Source of the DNA: Amphiscolops sp. MND2022
Lineage: Eukaryota
DNA length: 64,000 nucleotides
Assembly: GCA_964187785.1 (NCBI GenBank)
Contig: OZ076411.1
Span: 44,826,001 to 44,890,000, forward strand
Reading direction: 5' to 3'
Shown here: positions 23,672-34,919 of the stretch, in pieces
How positions within the stretch are numbered: the stretch's first letter is position 1
How the letters are laid out: each line of letters starts with the position of its first letter
Notes under the pieces: generated by a model
Told to the model about the DNA's origin: nothing
The model's database searches: none
What the model saw: the letters and a program-made list of their open reading frames with translations, nothing else
Position numbers and translations under genes: made by a program

Positions 23672-24965
23672 GTGTCTTTAGAAGTTGTATTTACGAGTCG
23701 ACTCGTAGTCGCAAAGTTCACATCTCATGATATCAAGTCAAGTTTCTGTGACAAAGTTTCACTATGATAATCCACTGGTTTTGGCTCACGGTTTAGAAAC
23801 AAATTGAAAATTTCATCATGTCAAACATGGGCGAAATTTTATACAAAACGTGGTGAAAATTTCATTCAAATCATCAGAAATTCTCGTCAAATTCATTTTC
23901 AATCTGATTTTTGTTTTGAAGTGCTCATGGTTTAGAAATAATGTTTCTTCAAAAAATGTATTCGAAGTTAGGTGAAGTTCAAATTCATTAGTTGGGTGTA
24001 AAACTACATTCAAATCATCTCATTTTATTATTGCAAAGGCTCGTCGAATTGATTTTAAAGTGCATTTTCAAAAATTAGAAATAACGAATTACCTTCAAAG
24101 ACAAAAAGGGTGAAGAGAGAAGAGGTTACTTCAAAGATCAAGCGGTAAACAAGAGGTTTGCACGAAACGGAGCAACTGTAAAATCGAAAAATAGGGGTCT
24201 TCCTAGGAGTTCGAAATTTTATTTTAATTATCAGGAGTCCGAAAAAGAACACAACAGTGAAAATTGAATTTGCACAAAAAATATTCAAATACTAAATTAG
24301 GCGAATGGCTCATTTATACCAAGGTATCTGCAGGTATGTAGCTATGTAGTTGATTTCGACAGGCCCTGAATTAATGAAAATCCTTGATTTCGTCAGGTCT
24401 GGGACTTCGCTGTTTCAAGTTATTTTCGAGTTTTTGTTACTTGTATGTATGTTCTTTTAATTCAATTTTGCCTAGAACTCAATTTTTTGACGCTCACGGT
24501 AGTTAGTTTCAAATAAATACATTGTTAAAGTTGCATAAAAACTGTGAAATACAAATGAAACGGCTTAATGATCTTTCGAACTTATTGGTATTAAAATGTA
24601 TTTCCGGACTCGTGAATAGCAATCGAATAATAACAGTGATAAATTGAGTTTTAACGTGCTAGGCGAATGACTTGCTGCAAAGTGATTTGAAGGAAGGAAT
24701 TCAAATGAATCGGCGAGTTTGCTCGCGGAGTAGAAATTTTATACAAGCATTTGTTTGCATTGCTCGCGGAGTAGAAATTTTATACATGCATTTGTTTGCA
24801 TTGTGAAGCAATATTTTCGTATAATGCAAAGTCTTATTTGCATTGTGAAGCGAAACGAAATTTCCTTACAAGATTGATGCCTGGATATTTTATAAAATTT
24901 CGCACTTTGTGCCCAAATGTGCCATAGTATGATGATGTTTAAAATCAATTCGAAAGATAGTTTTT

Positions 24966-25407
24966 GCTCAGGGTTTAGAAACAATGATACGAATCTAATT
25001 CCATAATTCAAAAGAAAACTCAAAACAAAAACTCAGCTTTTGCTCACAATTTAGAAATAATTCCAAGAATCAAAAAGAAAACTCAAAAGAAAAACTCATG
25101 AAATTTCTAAAAGAACTTAGCTTTTGCTCACGGTTTAGAAAAAATGAAACGAAAGTAATTCCATATTTCAAAATGAAAACTCAGAGGAAAAACTCATGAA
25201 AACTCATTAGAAAAACTCAGTTTCTGCTCACGATTTAGAAATATTGAAACGAATCGATTTTCATTATTACTGACTCAAATTACAAACTCATAATTTGGCT
25301 CATGGTTTAGAAATAACCTTGATGACTCAACTCATAACTCATAACTTGGCTCTTGGTTTAGAAAGAAAACTGATGACTCAACTCATAACTTGGCTCATGG
25401 ATTAGAA
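24966..25407 (-). repeat. Cluster of seven 15-bp element motifs near the right end
   Basis: GCTCAYGGTTTAGAA variants at 24966, 25042, 25126, 25226, 25298, 25349 and 25393. Confidence 0.9.
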
Positions 25408-25512
25408 ATAATCTTGATCATCATGATGATATTTATTTAAAATCGAGAATGAAATTGCAATGAGAATAAAAATCGAGAACGAAATTTATTTAAAATTGAG
25501 AATCAAATTTTG

Positions 25513-25740
25513 TTGCACTGGTTTGTTGGGGGAATGGGTTCTGATTTGTTGATAAGCAGGTTTGTTCATCGATGCCATTCGTGGACAGTAATGTCTGCCA
25601 GCAGAACCTGCCATGTGTATTTCAAGAAGGACGGAACGAACAGATGCCTTGAGGTTGAAAAGGCCTTGCGTTTTGATCCCAAGCCAGTCCGCCAAGTCCC
25701 GGGTATTGGCCAAAGCAGTAGAAAGTCCAACCACGCGAAC
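25513..25740 (-). pseudogene. ASCC3: Captured fragment of a host ASCC3 (Ski2-like helicase) exon
   Basis: [75 protein letters not shown] closely matches the ASCC3 second helicase cassette as I recall it; preceded by an intact TTCAG acceptor. Confidence 0.85.
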
Positions 25741-25899
25741 CTGAACAAATTTTTGATTTAAAATTGAGAATTCAAATAAAATTGGTTTAAAAAAGGATGA
25801 TATTTATATAAAAGCGAGAATGAATTTTTTTAAAAACAGAGAATCAAATCTCAATAACATTGATTTAAAAAAAGAATGGAATTTAGTATGATTAGATTA

Positions 25900-26160
25900 G
25901 ACCAAGAATTGATGAAAAGTTTTGAAGAATTGATGTACAATTTTCAAGAATTCATATAAATTTTAAGAATCAACGTAAAATTGAAGAATCGAGAAAGTTT
26001 CAAGAATCGCTAGAAGCTGTTTTTCTCGATTCTTGAAACATTTCTCGATTCTTGAAACATTTCTCGATTCTTGCATGCTATGCATTATATTTGAATCAAG
26101 AATCGAGAAAAATCCCCACTTGCTTTCGCTTAGTTTTTCTCGATTCTTGAAGTTTGTATG
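25900..26160. repeat. Right subterminal repetitive region (TTCAAGAATCGAGAAA-type motif in both orientations)
   Basis: gaagaatcgagaaa, tandem ttctcgattcttgaaaca, caagaatcgagaaa; same motif family as 9018-9330. Confidence 0.8.
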
Positions 26161-26219
26161 TATTACCATTAGTTCAAGAATTCAAAAATTACTACAACGA
26201 AATCGTTGTAGTTCACGTT

Positions 26220-26242
26220 TTTCCGACTTTGACCTCGTAATG
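26220..26242 (-). repeat. Right terminal inverted repeat (reverse complement CATTACGAGGTCAAAGTCGGAAA)
   Basis: 21/23 match to the left TIR; followed by the AG TSD. Confidence 0.93.
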
Positions 26243-27767
26243 AGTGGTGTTCAAACCACCGGCCTCTGTACGATTGACGCAGCCTGTGATAACTGTGCAA
26301 GTTTCCAGTAGAGCAAATGCATTCCCGTGTTTGATGTCTGACTGATGTCATGTGTTTCAGTCCTACGGTCGTCGTCTTCTGAACCGCTTGTTCTGCCTGA
26401 ACTTCATACACTTGAATGGACGATGGATGAACTCCCTAAAGACAAGACGAACACGGTAACTGAAAGGGATCCCCAATCACGCGTCGGAGCACAATGGACT
26501 GAATGGACGCTTATTTGTAATTTGTTTCGATGTTTTATGTGTCTTGTTTCCAGTAGACCATCCACAACACGACATTTATGCTATTCAGGCCAAAAACCAA
26601 GACGTTCCACTTGTACATAGTATAGTGATAACTGTAAAAAAAAACTTACTTCAGCATTGACCCATGTGCGGTTCCTCCATTAAAAACTACTTTGAAGGAA
26701 ATGCTTGAAACATCACCTACGGATTGTCCCAACTATCGCTTCAAGGTGTGGACATGGCATGAAAAGAGATTAGAGTTCACGTTAGCTGCTATCAATCCCC
26801 GACTCCCACCGAAGATGTTTTTTGCGAACGTGAATTCTAAAGACACAAACGTAGCAATGGTACGCTGTGTCACCGCGCATCAGCTATGGAAACAAGATGT
26901 CGTGACTTCCCCTCCTGGAGATGTGTATCACTCAACCGCTGGTTGGTGGCTATTAGTCAATTCCCTGGATGAATCATCACTAGTGTCGCCGGGAACTCTG
27001 TTAATTAGTCTTCAGAATATACGTACACTCGTCGAGCTCGACAACACTCTTTGTTTCCGTTTAGCTAAAATCTTTCGCAGCAAAATCCATATTCAACATT
27101 GGTTACAGCTACTAGCTATAATTTTCTGTCGCCAAGCCAAAATAGGCCTATTAGACAAACAACCATATACGTTTGAAACGCCTGTAACAGTACTGGAAGC
27201 ATTCGCCGTTGTTCGCGATTGGTCAACCACAAACATGGGAAACCGCCCGCTGCGACAACTAAGTTCGGCAAGATCGTCGAGCCATTGTCTTTCACTGTGT
27301 TGAGAGTTTGACCATTCAACAATCTGAGCAATGTGGATTCGACTAACAAAGACAAGAAATCAAGATATTATCTTCTGATCACTTGCAACTAAATACTGTC
27401 AGCAGCAGAACAATAGTGAAATCGTACATGACAGGAGACGGATATGAATTCAATCTTAGTGGTGTTCAAACCACCGGCCTCTGTACGATTGACGCAGCCT
27501 GTGATAACTGTGCAAGTTTCCAGTAGAGCAAATGCATTCCCGTGTTTGATGTCTGACTGATGTCATGTGTTTCAGTCCTACGGTCGTCGTCTTCTGAACC
27601 GCTTGTTCTGCCTGAACTTCATACACTTGAATGGACGATGGATGAACTCCCTAAAGACAAGACGAACACGGTAACTGAAAGGGATCCCCAATCACGCGTC
27701 GGAGCACAATGGACTGAATGGACGCTTATTTGTAATTTGTTTCGATGTTTTATGTGTCTTGTTTCCA
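26243..27767 (+). repeat. Composite duplication C-A'-B'-C' (C 26243-26552; A' 26551-27289; B' 27288-27459; C' 27458-27767)
   Basis: Constant offsets of 19341 (A), 18476 (B) and 1215 (C); junction overlaps CA, TC and AG. Confidence 0.95.
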
Positions 27768-27810
27768 TATTGGTGGTATTCATTTTGCAGTTAATTTTGA
27801 CAGGCATTGT
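27290..27810 (-). pseudogene. Possible degenerate non-LTR retrotransposon RT fragment (the sequence the DNA transposon inserted into)
   Basis: Scattered peptides GSLSVTVFVLSL and GGLNTTKIEFI resemble RT QGD.LS..LF.L and GL.LN..KTE motifs; frames are broken. Confidence 0.3.
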
Positions 27811-30800
27811 AACGCTCTTTCAAGATCATAGCTTGTGCAATAATCTCTTCAAGTGCTTTCGTGCATTTCGTGAATAGCTGGTAGGTAGGTCCCAGCTTGG
27901 TGCCTGCTTACTTGCAAAGTGAAAAAGTGCAATTAAAATTTTACATTGAAATTCTCCTCGATTTCCGTTTTGAATGGCGACAAGCGTAACCTGCTTTCAA
28001 AAGAAACTTTAGCTAAACTGGGATTGAATGAATGACAAGAGTTTTTAGAGAAACTGATTTTTAACCTTTAGAATACCAAAAAGTGCTAATGTCAAAAAGT
28101 ATTACCAAAATGGTGCTGAAAGTTTAAATAATGAAATCAAAGGTAGAAAGAGAAAGGAAGTTGCTAAAGACCCGCTGGGTATGTATTATTCTTTCTCATT
28201 TGCCAAAGACGACAAACTACGGCCCGGGGAGGATGTAACGTCCAGCAGAAATCGCTCAAAAAATCCGTTCAACAAGTAAAAAATGTGCGAGTCAAGATGG
28301 CCGACCTGGCAGGTCTTTGAAATCGAAAAAGATCGGACAGAAAGTGAAAAAGAGCCCAACCCCTCACGGTTTCTACAGAAGAATATTTTCAAGGTTTCTA
28401 CAGAAGAATTCCCTGAAATCCAGATATCACCTGTTTGTGGATGATGAAGAAAACTCCGAAACCAACATGAACGAACTGGAAGAGCTACTTTTGATCAGTT
28501 CTAGTGTTATTGATGTTTATTTGCAGGTTTATGGTGATGCTGGATCTGGTATATCCTTGTATTTGTATCTTTAGACTTTATTCAGCTAATAGAATGTGAG
28601 AATTTGCTTTTGCTAAACCCCTGTTTTTGGACCTCGTAAGTATGTAGGAACACGCAGGAACCTTTAGGAAGGTTTTTACGTGCTTGTGGGACGTGTCCGG
28701 ATTTTGAGTGTGCCGGCACGTCGCCACGGAGCTCTCATTTGAGGAGTCTCTTTAGACCAATGGAAAGTCCCCTAGGAGACCTTTTCGGGACTAAAGACTA
28801 ATGTCTAGGATTATAGTAGGACATTGGTCTCCTGTTCAACTAATCCAGGCATTGTCACAGTTCTAGAATGTAGCTGTTAGCTTGACGTTACACATTAGAC
28901 TATTCACGGAAAATGATGTTCGACTGCTTCAGAAAAAGTTGTAACCATTTCATTTAGATTGATTGAATGGTAAAACAATTCTCATTAGGACGCATTTTGT
29001 TTCATCGATGGATTTGAAAACATTACTTCTCGGACATTTGCTCACGCTGATCGATTCCAATCTGGAGATGATCAGTATTTATATTTATGCAGTTAAATTG
29101 GTTAACTTTTAGTGAATCCTTAGCGTCAATATAACATCCTGAATGGTCAGACTTTTTAACCAAATAGTGAAGGCCTTGAATATAAAATTGCCTTCTGCAT
29201 TTCCTTTCATTTTAGTCTTCAAAACTAGTTTCAGCTCGTGAAATGGGTGGGACTAGATTGAAAGTTTGCTACTCAGGAGTGTGCGTACAATGCGGGGGCG
29301 TTGCACCTATGTCAAACAAGGGTATCTTCCAGTGTTCGATCCCCCTAAGAGGAGACCAAATTGAAATTTCGCAAAAGTCCCAATATCTTGTTTTTTGCGA
29401 GGTGATCATCTTCGCAGTCATAGAGTGAAGGCACGACAAAGGTATTGTTTAGAACTGGAACGAAAGCTTCAAACTTGCCTATCTCAATATTGGCTAGGGA
29501 ATGTTTGTCCGCTTCGAGCCCCATCAGTTTGTTTCCATCCACAACATCATACAACCATTCCATAGCCATCTTAGACCTCGTATGTAGTCTCACTAATGGG
29601 CTCTTGCATGAAAACTATTCTCTTGATATTTTGTGAATGATTAACGTGCTGAAACGCGAATTTCTGAACTGATTTCATCCAACTATTGATAAAGATTTTG
29701 ATCTATCGTTTGGTTTTTCACAGTTCATCAATACACTTGATTTTAAAAATCAGTTAAAAAACCTAGCCACTAAAGAAAGCTTAGAGTCGTGTAGTCACGT
29801 ATGAGCTTTGAATGTTCCGAACTGGACAAGAATTTCAATTAGAATTCCGAATTTTCAGACTTACATTGATCACGTTTGGTGACCAAATTTTCCTTCATCT
29901 ATCACTCCCGCATTTTAAAAGCTAGCATGGTATGCTTTATCTATAATAAAGTTTGACACAATCAACAACTCTTAGTGTTGTAAAACCTATTTTTCATCTA
30001 TGAGGCATCCCGGTAACATTTAAAAATTGCATCACCAAAACTAAGAACTTTCCCTGAGAAAAAAATCGACGTCGACTATTGTTCACTTCAGGCGTTGGCA
30101 ATGCGATATTCATTCAAAAAAATGAACTGTTGTGTCAATAGCTTAAGAGGACGATATTGTAGTTGTCTAAAGACATGAAATCAGGGATGTAAAGAGAATA
30201 ATTGTTTTAAAATATTTGCAAAAAATTATTGCAATTATTTTTTTTAATACAGAGCAATATTCATTATTCATTTTTTGCTTAAATTTATTGTTTCAAGGTC
30301 AAAATTATTTGGTTTTATTATTACAAAAATTCAGTAATGGGACTACCTGCAAAACATTTGCAGCCCGCATCATGTACCAAGTAAACAAAATGAAGTTTAA
30401 CCATAAATAGCACCGTGGTACGTTTTTGCACGAATTGAAAGCTGCAAACATCTAAAGGCACCAACTGACCGTACGGTAAAAAAACTCTTGAATAAGATTT
30501 TCAGACGATATTACATAGCATTACACGCAGTTCCACGTGTTTGTTGACCTGATGTCTCCAAAATCAAGAAAACGGGACCAAAAAATCAAAAAAATGTCCG
30601 CAAAGTTTTGTTTTTCCAGTTTTCTTGTGTGGCCACTTTATCCCACTGGGGACAAGATTGGGTCAAAGTGGCCCAATCATGTTTTGAAATGTTTTGCAAT
30701 GTTTTGAAAATGTTTTGCGCATACTGAAATCAAAACAGAGGCAGGAGGCGTGCAAAGTTTTGGCGCAAAGTCCGGAGCCAGTGTGTTTTTTAGTCTTATC

Positions 30801-31297
30801 ATAAGCTTCCAAGCAATTGTAACCATTATAGGTTTTCGAGAAAACGTATCCATTTTTGAATACAACAAGTTTATTACACAGACAAGGAAGCTTTTTCGGT
30901 TTTGATATATAGCTATTTGACATCATTAGAAAATATCAAGTGCCAACCTGCTAAAAAGTGAAAGTTTCTGTCTTCTAAATAACCAACACAGAAGGAAGAA
31001 AGTATATGCATATAGGCGATGCTGTTATTTGAGCCCAAATTTACTCAATGCAAAAGCTCTCTTTGCTTCCAAACCTTGAAGTGGTAACCAATTTTATCCT
31101 AATCTCTGTACTTAGCAGAACTTCAAAAGTTCGGTTTGAAATTTCGAAACAATTTAGATTGCTCTGTCTGACAACACTGTCAGAATCAACTTACATCCCT
31201 CCCTTTCGCTAGAATGTCGGCTGATTTCAAAGCTAATTTGCTAAAGATGTTTCGTAACGACTTGAAACTTGAAAATCTGAACCGTTGAATGGATACT

Positions 31298-31507
31298 TGT
31301 TGTATATCTAATAGATGTACAAGAAAGAAAATTTGTAGTTAAAATTCAACTTTTCTGTTACTATCTTTTTCCTATATGCTCGTACAAAGTTTCATCTGCG
31401 CTTATGTGGCAGGGCTGGTATTTAATATATAAATAGCAACAGTATAAATAAGTACAGACAAGAACGCAGACTAATCAATTTCTACGTGAGTTCGTCTGTC
31501 CTCTACA
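31298..31507 (-). repeat. 3' LTR
   Basis: tgttgtatatctaatagatg...gtcctctaca; homologous to 39326-39536 and 44752-44960; PPT GGAGGGGAAA (minus strand) adjacent at 31508-31517. Confidence 0.92.
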
Positions 31508-31663
31508 TTTCCCCTCCACTATTGGCTGGTGATCGGCCAATGGGGGCGTTCTGCTTTCTGTTGTGGCGGGCAGTCAGTCATCCACTGGTCCAGTGTTTGG
31601 TGGACGGTTAACCGTTCCTCGTAATTTGATCTGTTCCGGTTTGCAATTGACCGTAACGTCTGA

Positions 31664-34021
31664 ATCTACTTCCACATCCTGACTGCTCGGATTAGAGGTC
31701 ATTGTTAATTCGATGGTCCTGGACATGCGTAGCGGACTCTATGTGGCTGTAGTGATGGTCAATACTCGTTAGCACGGTCTTGATTCAGCTGAGCTTAGGA
31801 CGCGATGCCGACTTGAATTGAGGCTGAAGGGGGTTGGTATTGACTATCTGAAGTGACCTGTGTCACGGAAGACTGTCTCTATCCTCACCTGGACCCGATG
31901 TAGTAGCTCATTGGCATATAGAAACCAACTGGGTAAAGGAGACTCTTAGGTAGAAATCGGACAGTAGTGGAAACCTTTTAAACGAAGCTACTGGACTTCT
32001 GCCTGCAGATCCGCCCTACACTTAGCCTAACCGAGTAGTTCTCTCAAGGACCGTTGATTGTTATTTCCGAAAACGCACGAACCTCATTGAACAGATAATG
32101 GGGGCCTCATTAGGTGTAACAATCTTCATGAACTGAATTAACAAAAGGCGGTTAAGTCGTATGGTTGCTGCCATTAGGATTTGCGAGTATGCGCATCTCA
32201 TTCTGTCACGATTTTGAGCCTAATGTGGGGGAGGCTCCACTGCATGTTGAGAACATTAGGCAGCATACTTAGCCTAACTGTTCGAGGATGGAAGTAAGCA
32301 CAATGATCTCGTTGTCGCGTGAACATCGATTGAGCATGAGCTCTACCCGTAGCAGAGATATCGCTGGTAGTAGCTAGATAAGTGTCAATGATGAATGGAT
32401 GGACTCAGCACGTCGTGCTCGAGGATGAAACTCAGTAAAGGCCCATGGCTAAACGGCTCCAGAAGAGCACTGAGACACTTGAACTTGGCTCTCTTGGCTG
32501 AGGAATCATTGTCCATCCGGCTCGGAAACCTGAAGTATGAATAGAAAACCTAGGTGACTTTTTAATTAGAGTCACACAGGCCAGTATATTGATTCAGATG
32601 GCAGATGGAAAGGTGGACTTTGTTCATGGTTGCTGAACTCCCTTATGATAGCGATTACGCGCACCGTGCTTGACTGGCTAGCACCTGCATACAGGAGGGC
32701 AAAGGAAACCAACCTCGGTTGGGAGTTTTTCTCAAGTGGAGTAAGATGTCAGTCGGTACTCGGGCCGTGATATGACGGAGGGGAAGGATACACCAAAACC
32801 TCACCCAAGGACACGGAGATGCTATCACGAATGGAGCGACCAAGTAAGCATTATATGCGTAAATGTCGGACTCCTGGCAGAGCCGTTAGTGAAGTGTCAG
32901 AGTTACTGTTAAATGCCAACTTTAGTCTGTGATGGGCGAAGGTTGCTCAGCAAACGACATCCATAACCAAATCTCCCCTAGTTCTGATAACTAGCAGAGA
33001 CTCACCAAAACCCTGGCTACACTTAAAGTCCTCATATGAGAATCGGGGTATGATCCTATCTCAGCCTTCTCGGAGGTGGCAAACTCTGTTAAAATCACTC
33101 TCGAGTCGATTTTATTGCATTCCCAAAGCGGTTGTGTATTTCCTGATTAGTACTTGTACTGATCATGGTAACAGACGCTGTTACTCGCATGCTTCATTTC
33201 GGATCTACTTCCACATCCTGTCTGCTCGGATTAGAGGTCATTGTTAATTCGATGGTCCTGGACATGCGTAGAGGACTCTATGTGGCTGTAGTGATGGTCA
33301 ATACTCGTTAGCACGGTCTTGATTCAGCACAGCGCAAGAAGCTCTGCCGACTTGAATTGAGGCTGAAGGGGGTTGGTATTGACTATCTGAAGTGACCTCG
33401 GTCACAGAAGACTGTCTCTATCCTCACCTGGACCCGATGTAGTAGCTCATTGGCATATAGAAACCAACTGGGTAAGGGAGTATCTTAGGGAGAAAAAGGA
33501 CAGTAGTGGAAACACTTTAAACGAAGCTACTGGACTTCTGCCTACAGATCCGCCCAACACTTAGCCTAACCGAGTAGTTCTCTCAGGGACCGTTGATTGT
33601 TATTTCCGAAAACGCACAAACCTCATTGAACAGATAATGGGGGCCTTATTAGGTGTAACAATCTTCATGAACTGACTCAACAAAAGGCGGTTAAGTTGTG
33701 TGGTTGCTGCCATTAGGCTTTGCGAGTATGCGCATCGCATTCTGTCACGATTATGAGCCTAATGTGGGGGGGTCTTTAGTGCATTATGAGAACATTAGGC
33801 AGCCTCCTTAGACTAACTGATCGAGGATGCTAATAAGCACAATGATCTCGTTGTTTCGTGAACATCGATTGAGCAGGAGCTCTACCCTTACCAGAGATAT
33901 CGCTGGTAGCAGCTAGATAAGTGTCAATGATGAATGGGTGGACTCAGCACGTCGTGCTCGAGGATGAAACTCAGTAAAGGCCCATGGCTAAACGGCTCCA
34001 GAAGAGCGCTGAGACACTTGA
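31664..34021. repeat. About 820-bp diverged direct repeat in the 3' non-coding region (31664-32482 and 33203-34021)
   Basis: Both copies run atctacttccacatcc...ctgagacacttga; period 1539 bp. Confidence 0.9.
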
Positions 34022-34919
34022 GCTCACATTACTTGCTAGGTCTAAGTCAATATTTTCTAGATTATCCTCTAGAGTGTTCGAATTGGTGTTATTATTAGTA
34101 AATACCCGCACCGCTTTCGTCTCGGATAAAAAATTCCAGGTCTGCGGATTTAGCGTCGTCTATAGCACGGTCTACTTCCGTGTCCGTCATATTTGTTGCT
34201 ATGATGGTCAGTGGCCCATGCTCCTTCCGGGCGTAGGTGTATTGCTTGGTGTCTGTGGGGAGTTTGAGATGGTACGGTCTCGGATTAGCCTTGATCTGTC
34301 TCGTCCGAACGTACTCGTTTTGAGCGTTGTGTTGTGGAGGGCCTCTGGCGTCTTTGGACTCTCTGTGTCCATGAATGGCGTCTCTGGTCCGTTTTTGTTT
34401 GGATCGTGATCTGATAAATTGGCCGTCCAGTCCGCGTGGTCCAATCCTTCTGTTGTTTTGTTCCTGTTTAAAATCAGAAATAGGTTTACTAATCATTTTC
34501 CTGTGTAACACTCTTCCGTTTGGAGTTGTTACTGTATGGTTTGTGCCCGATTTTGCTAATTGTAGTTTCTCGGAATATGCACTTTCGAATTTGTTTCGTT
34601 GGTGTTTTTTCAAAGAATGAAAAGTGCTAGTTACTAACTCCTTTTGTGTTTTTCTTCGGCTTCATTGGTAGCTGGTCAGACACATCGCCAGCTATACTGA
34701 ATGAAAATATCTCTAAGGTATCTTGTTTCGCTGAAACAGAACATTTTGTCAACTTTTCTATTTTATCGAGATTTAGTAGGTCACCCTATTTCCGTATTTG
34801 GTATTCTACCGTAGTGAAGTTCGAAAGCTAATTTTTACCGCGTGTGTGAGTTGTTTTTCGCATTACGTCCAATGACATACCTAGAGCCCTACCGAAGCGT
34901 TCTCCAGCTTTAATGTTTG

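Larger units (their letters stand above)
8984..26242. mobile_element. 17,259-bp cargo-carrying DNA transposon (CMC/Chapaev/Transib-related), CATTA termini, 2-bp AG TSD
   Basis: TIRs match at 21/23 positions; AG lies at 8982-8983 and 26243-26244; the empty site CAATCTT-AG-TGGTGTTC is at 27451-27467; internal DDE transposase and subterminal repeats. Confidence 0.93.

Noticed and set aside
18944-23937. The GTGAG within the motif as splice donors of the minus-strand genes
   Set aside because: Donors identified from exon phase (22082, 21806, 21350) lie elsewhere, and many copies read ATGAG or ACGAG.
9722-25407. 15-bp motif as RAG-type recombination signal sequences (CACGGTT resembles the heptamer CACAGTG, and a RAG1-like enzyme is adjacent)
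   Set aside because: No ACAAAAACC-like nonamer at 12 or 23 bp in the copies I checked, and the conserved part extends on both sides of CAC.
24966-25407. CRISPR-like array
   Set aside because: Eukaryotic context, a repeat of only 15 bp, irregular and mutually similar spacers, and no cas genes.
28186-29640. Host gene exons (short ORFs at 28186-28574 and 29345-29593)
   Set aside because: No recognisable domain or consistent splice chain; the ctcacggttt at about 28363 is only a partial motif match.
30405-30670. Possible MITE or Transib-like non-autonomous element
   Set aside because: Candidate ends match only weakly and no TSD was found.
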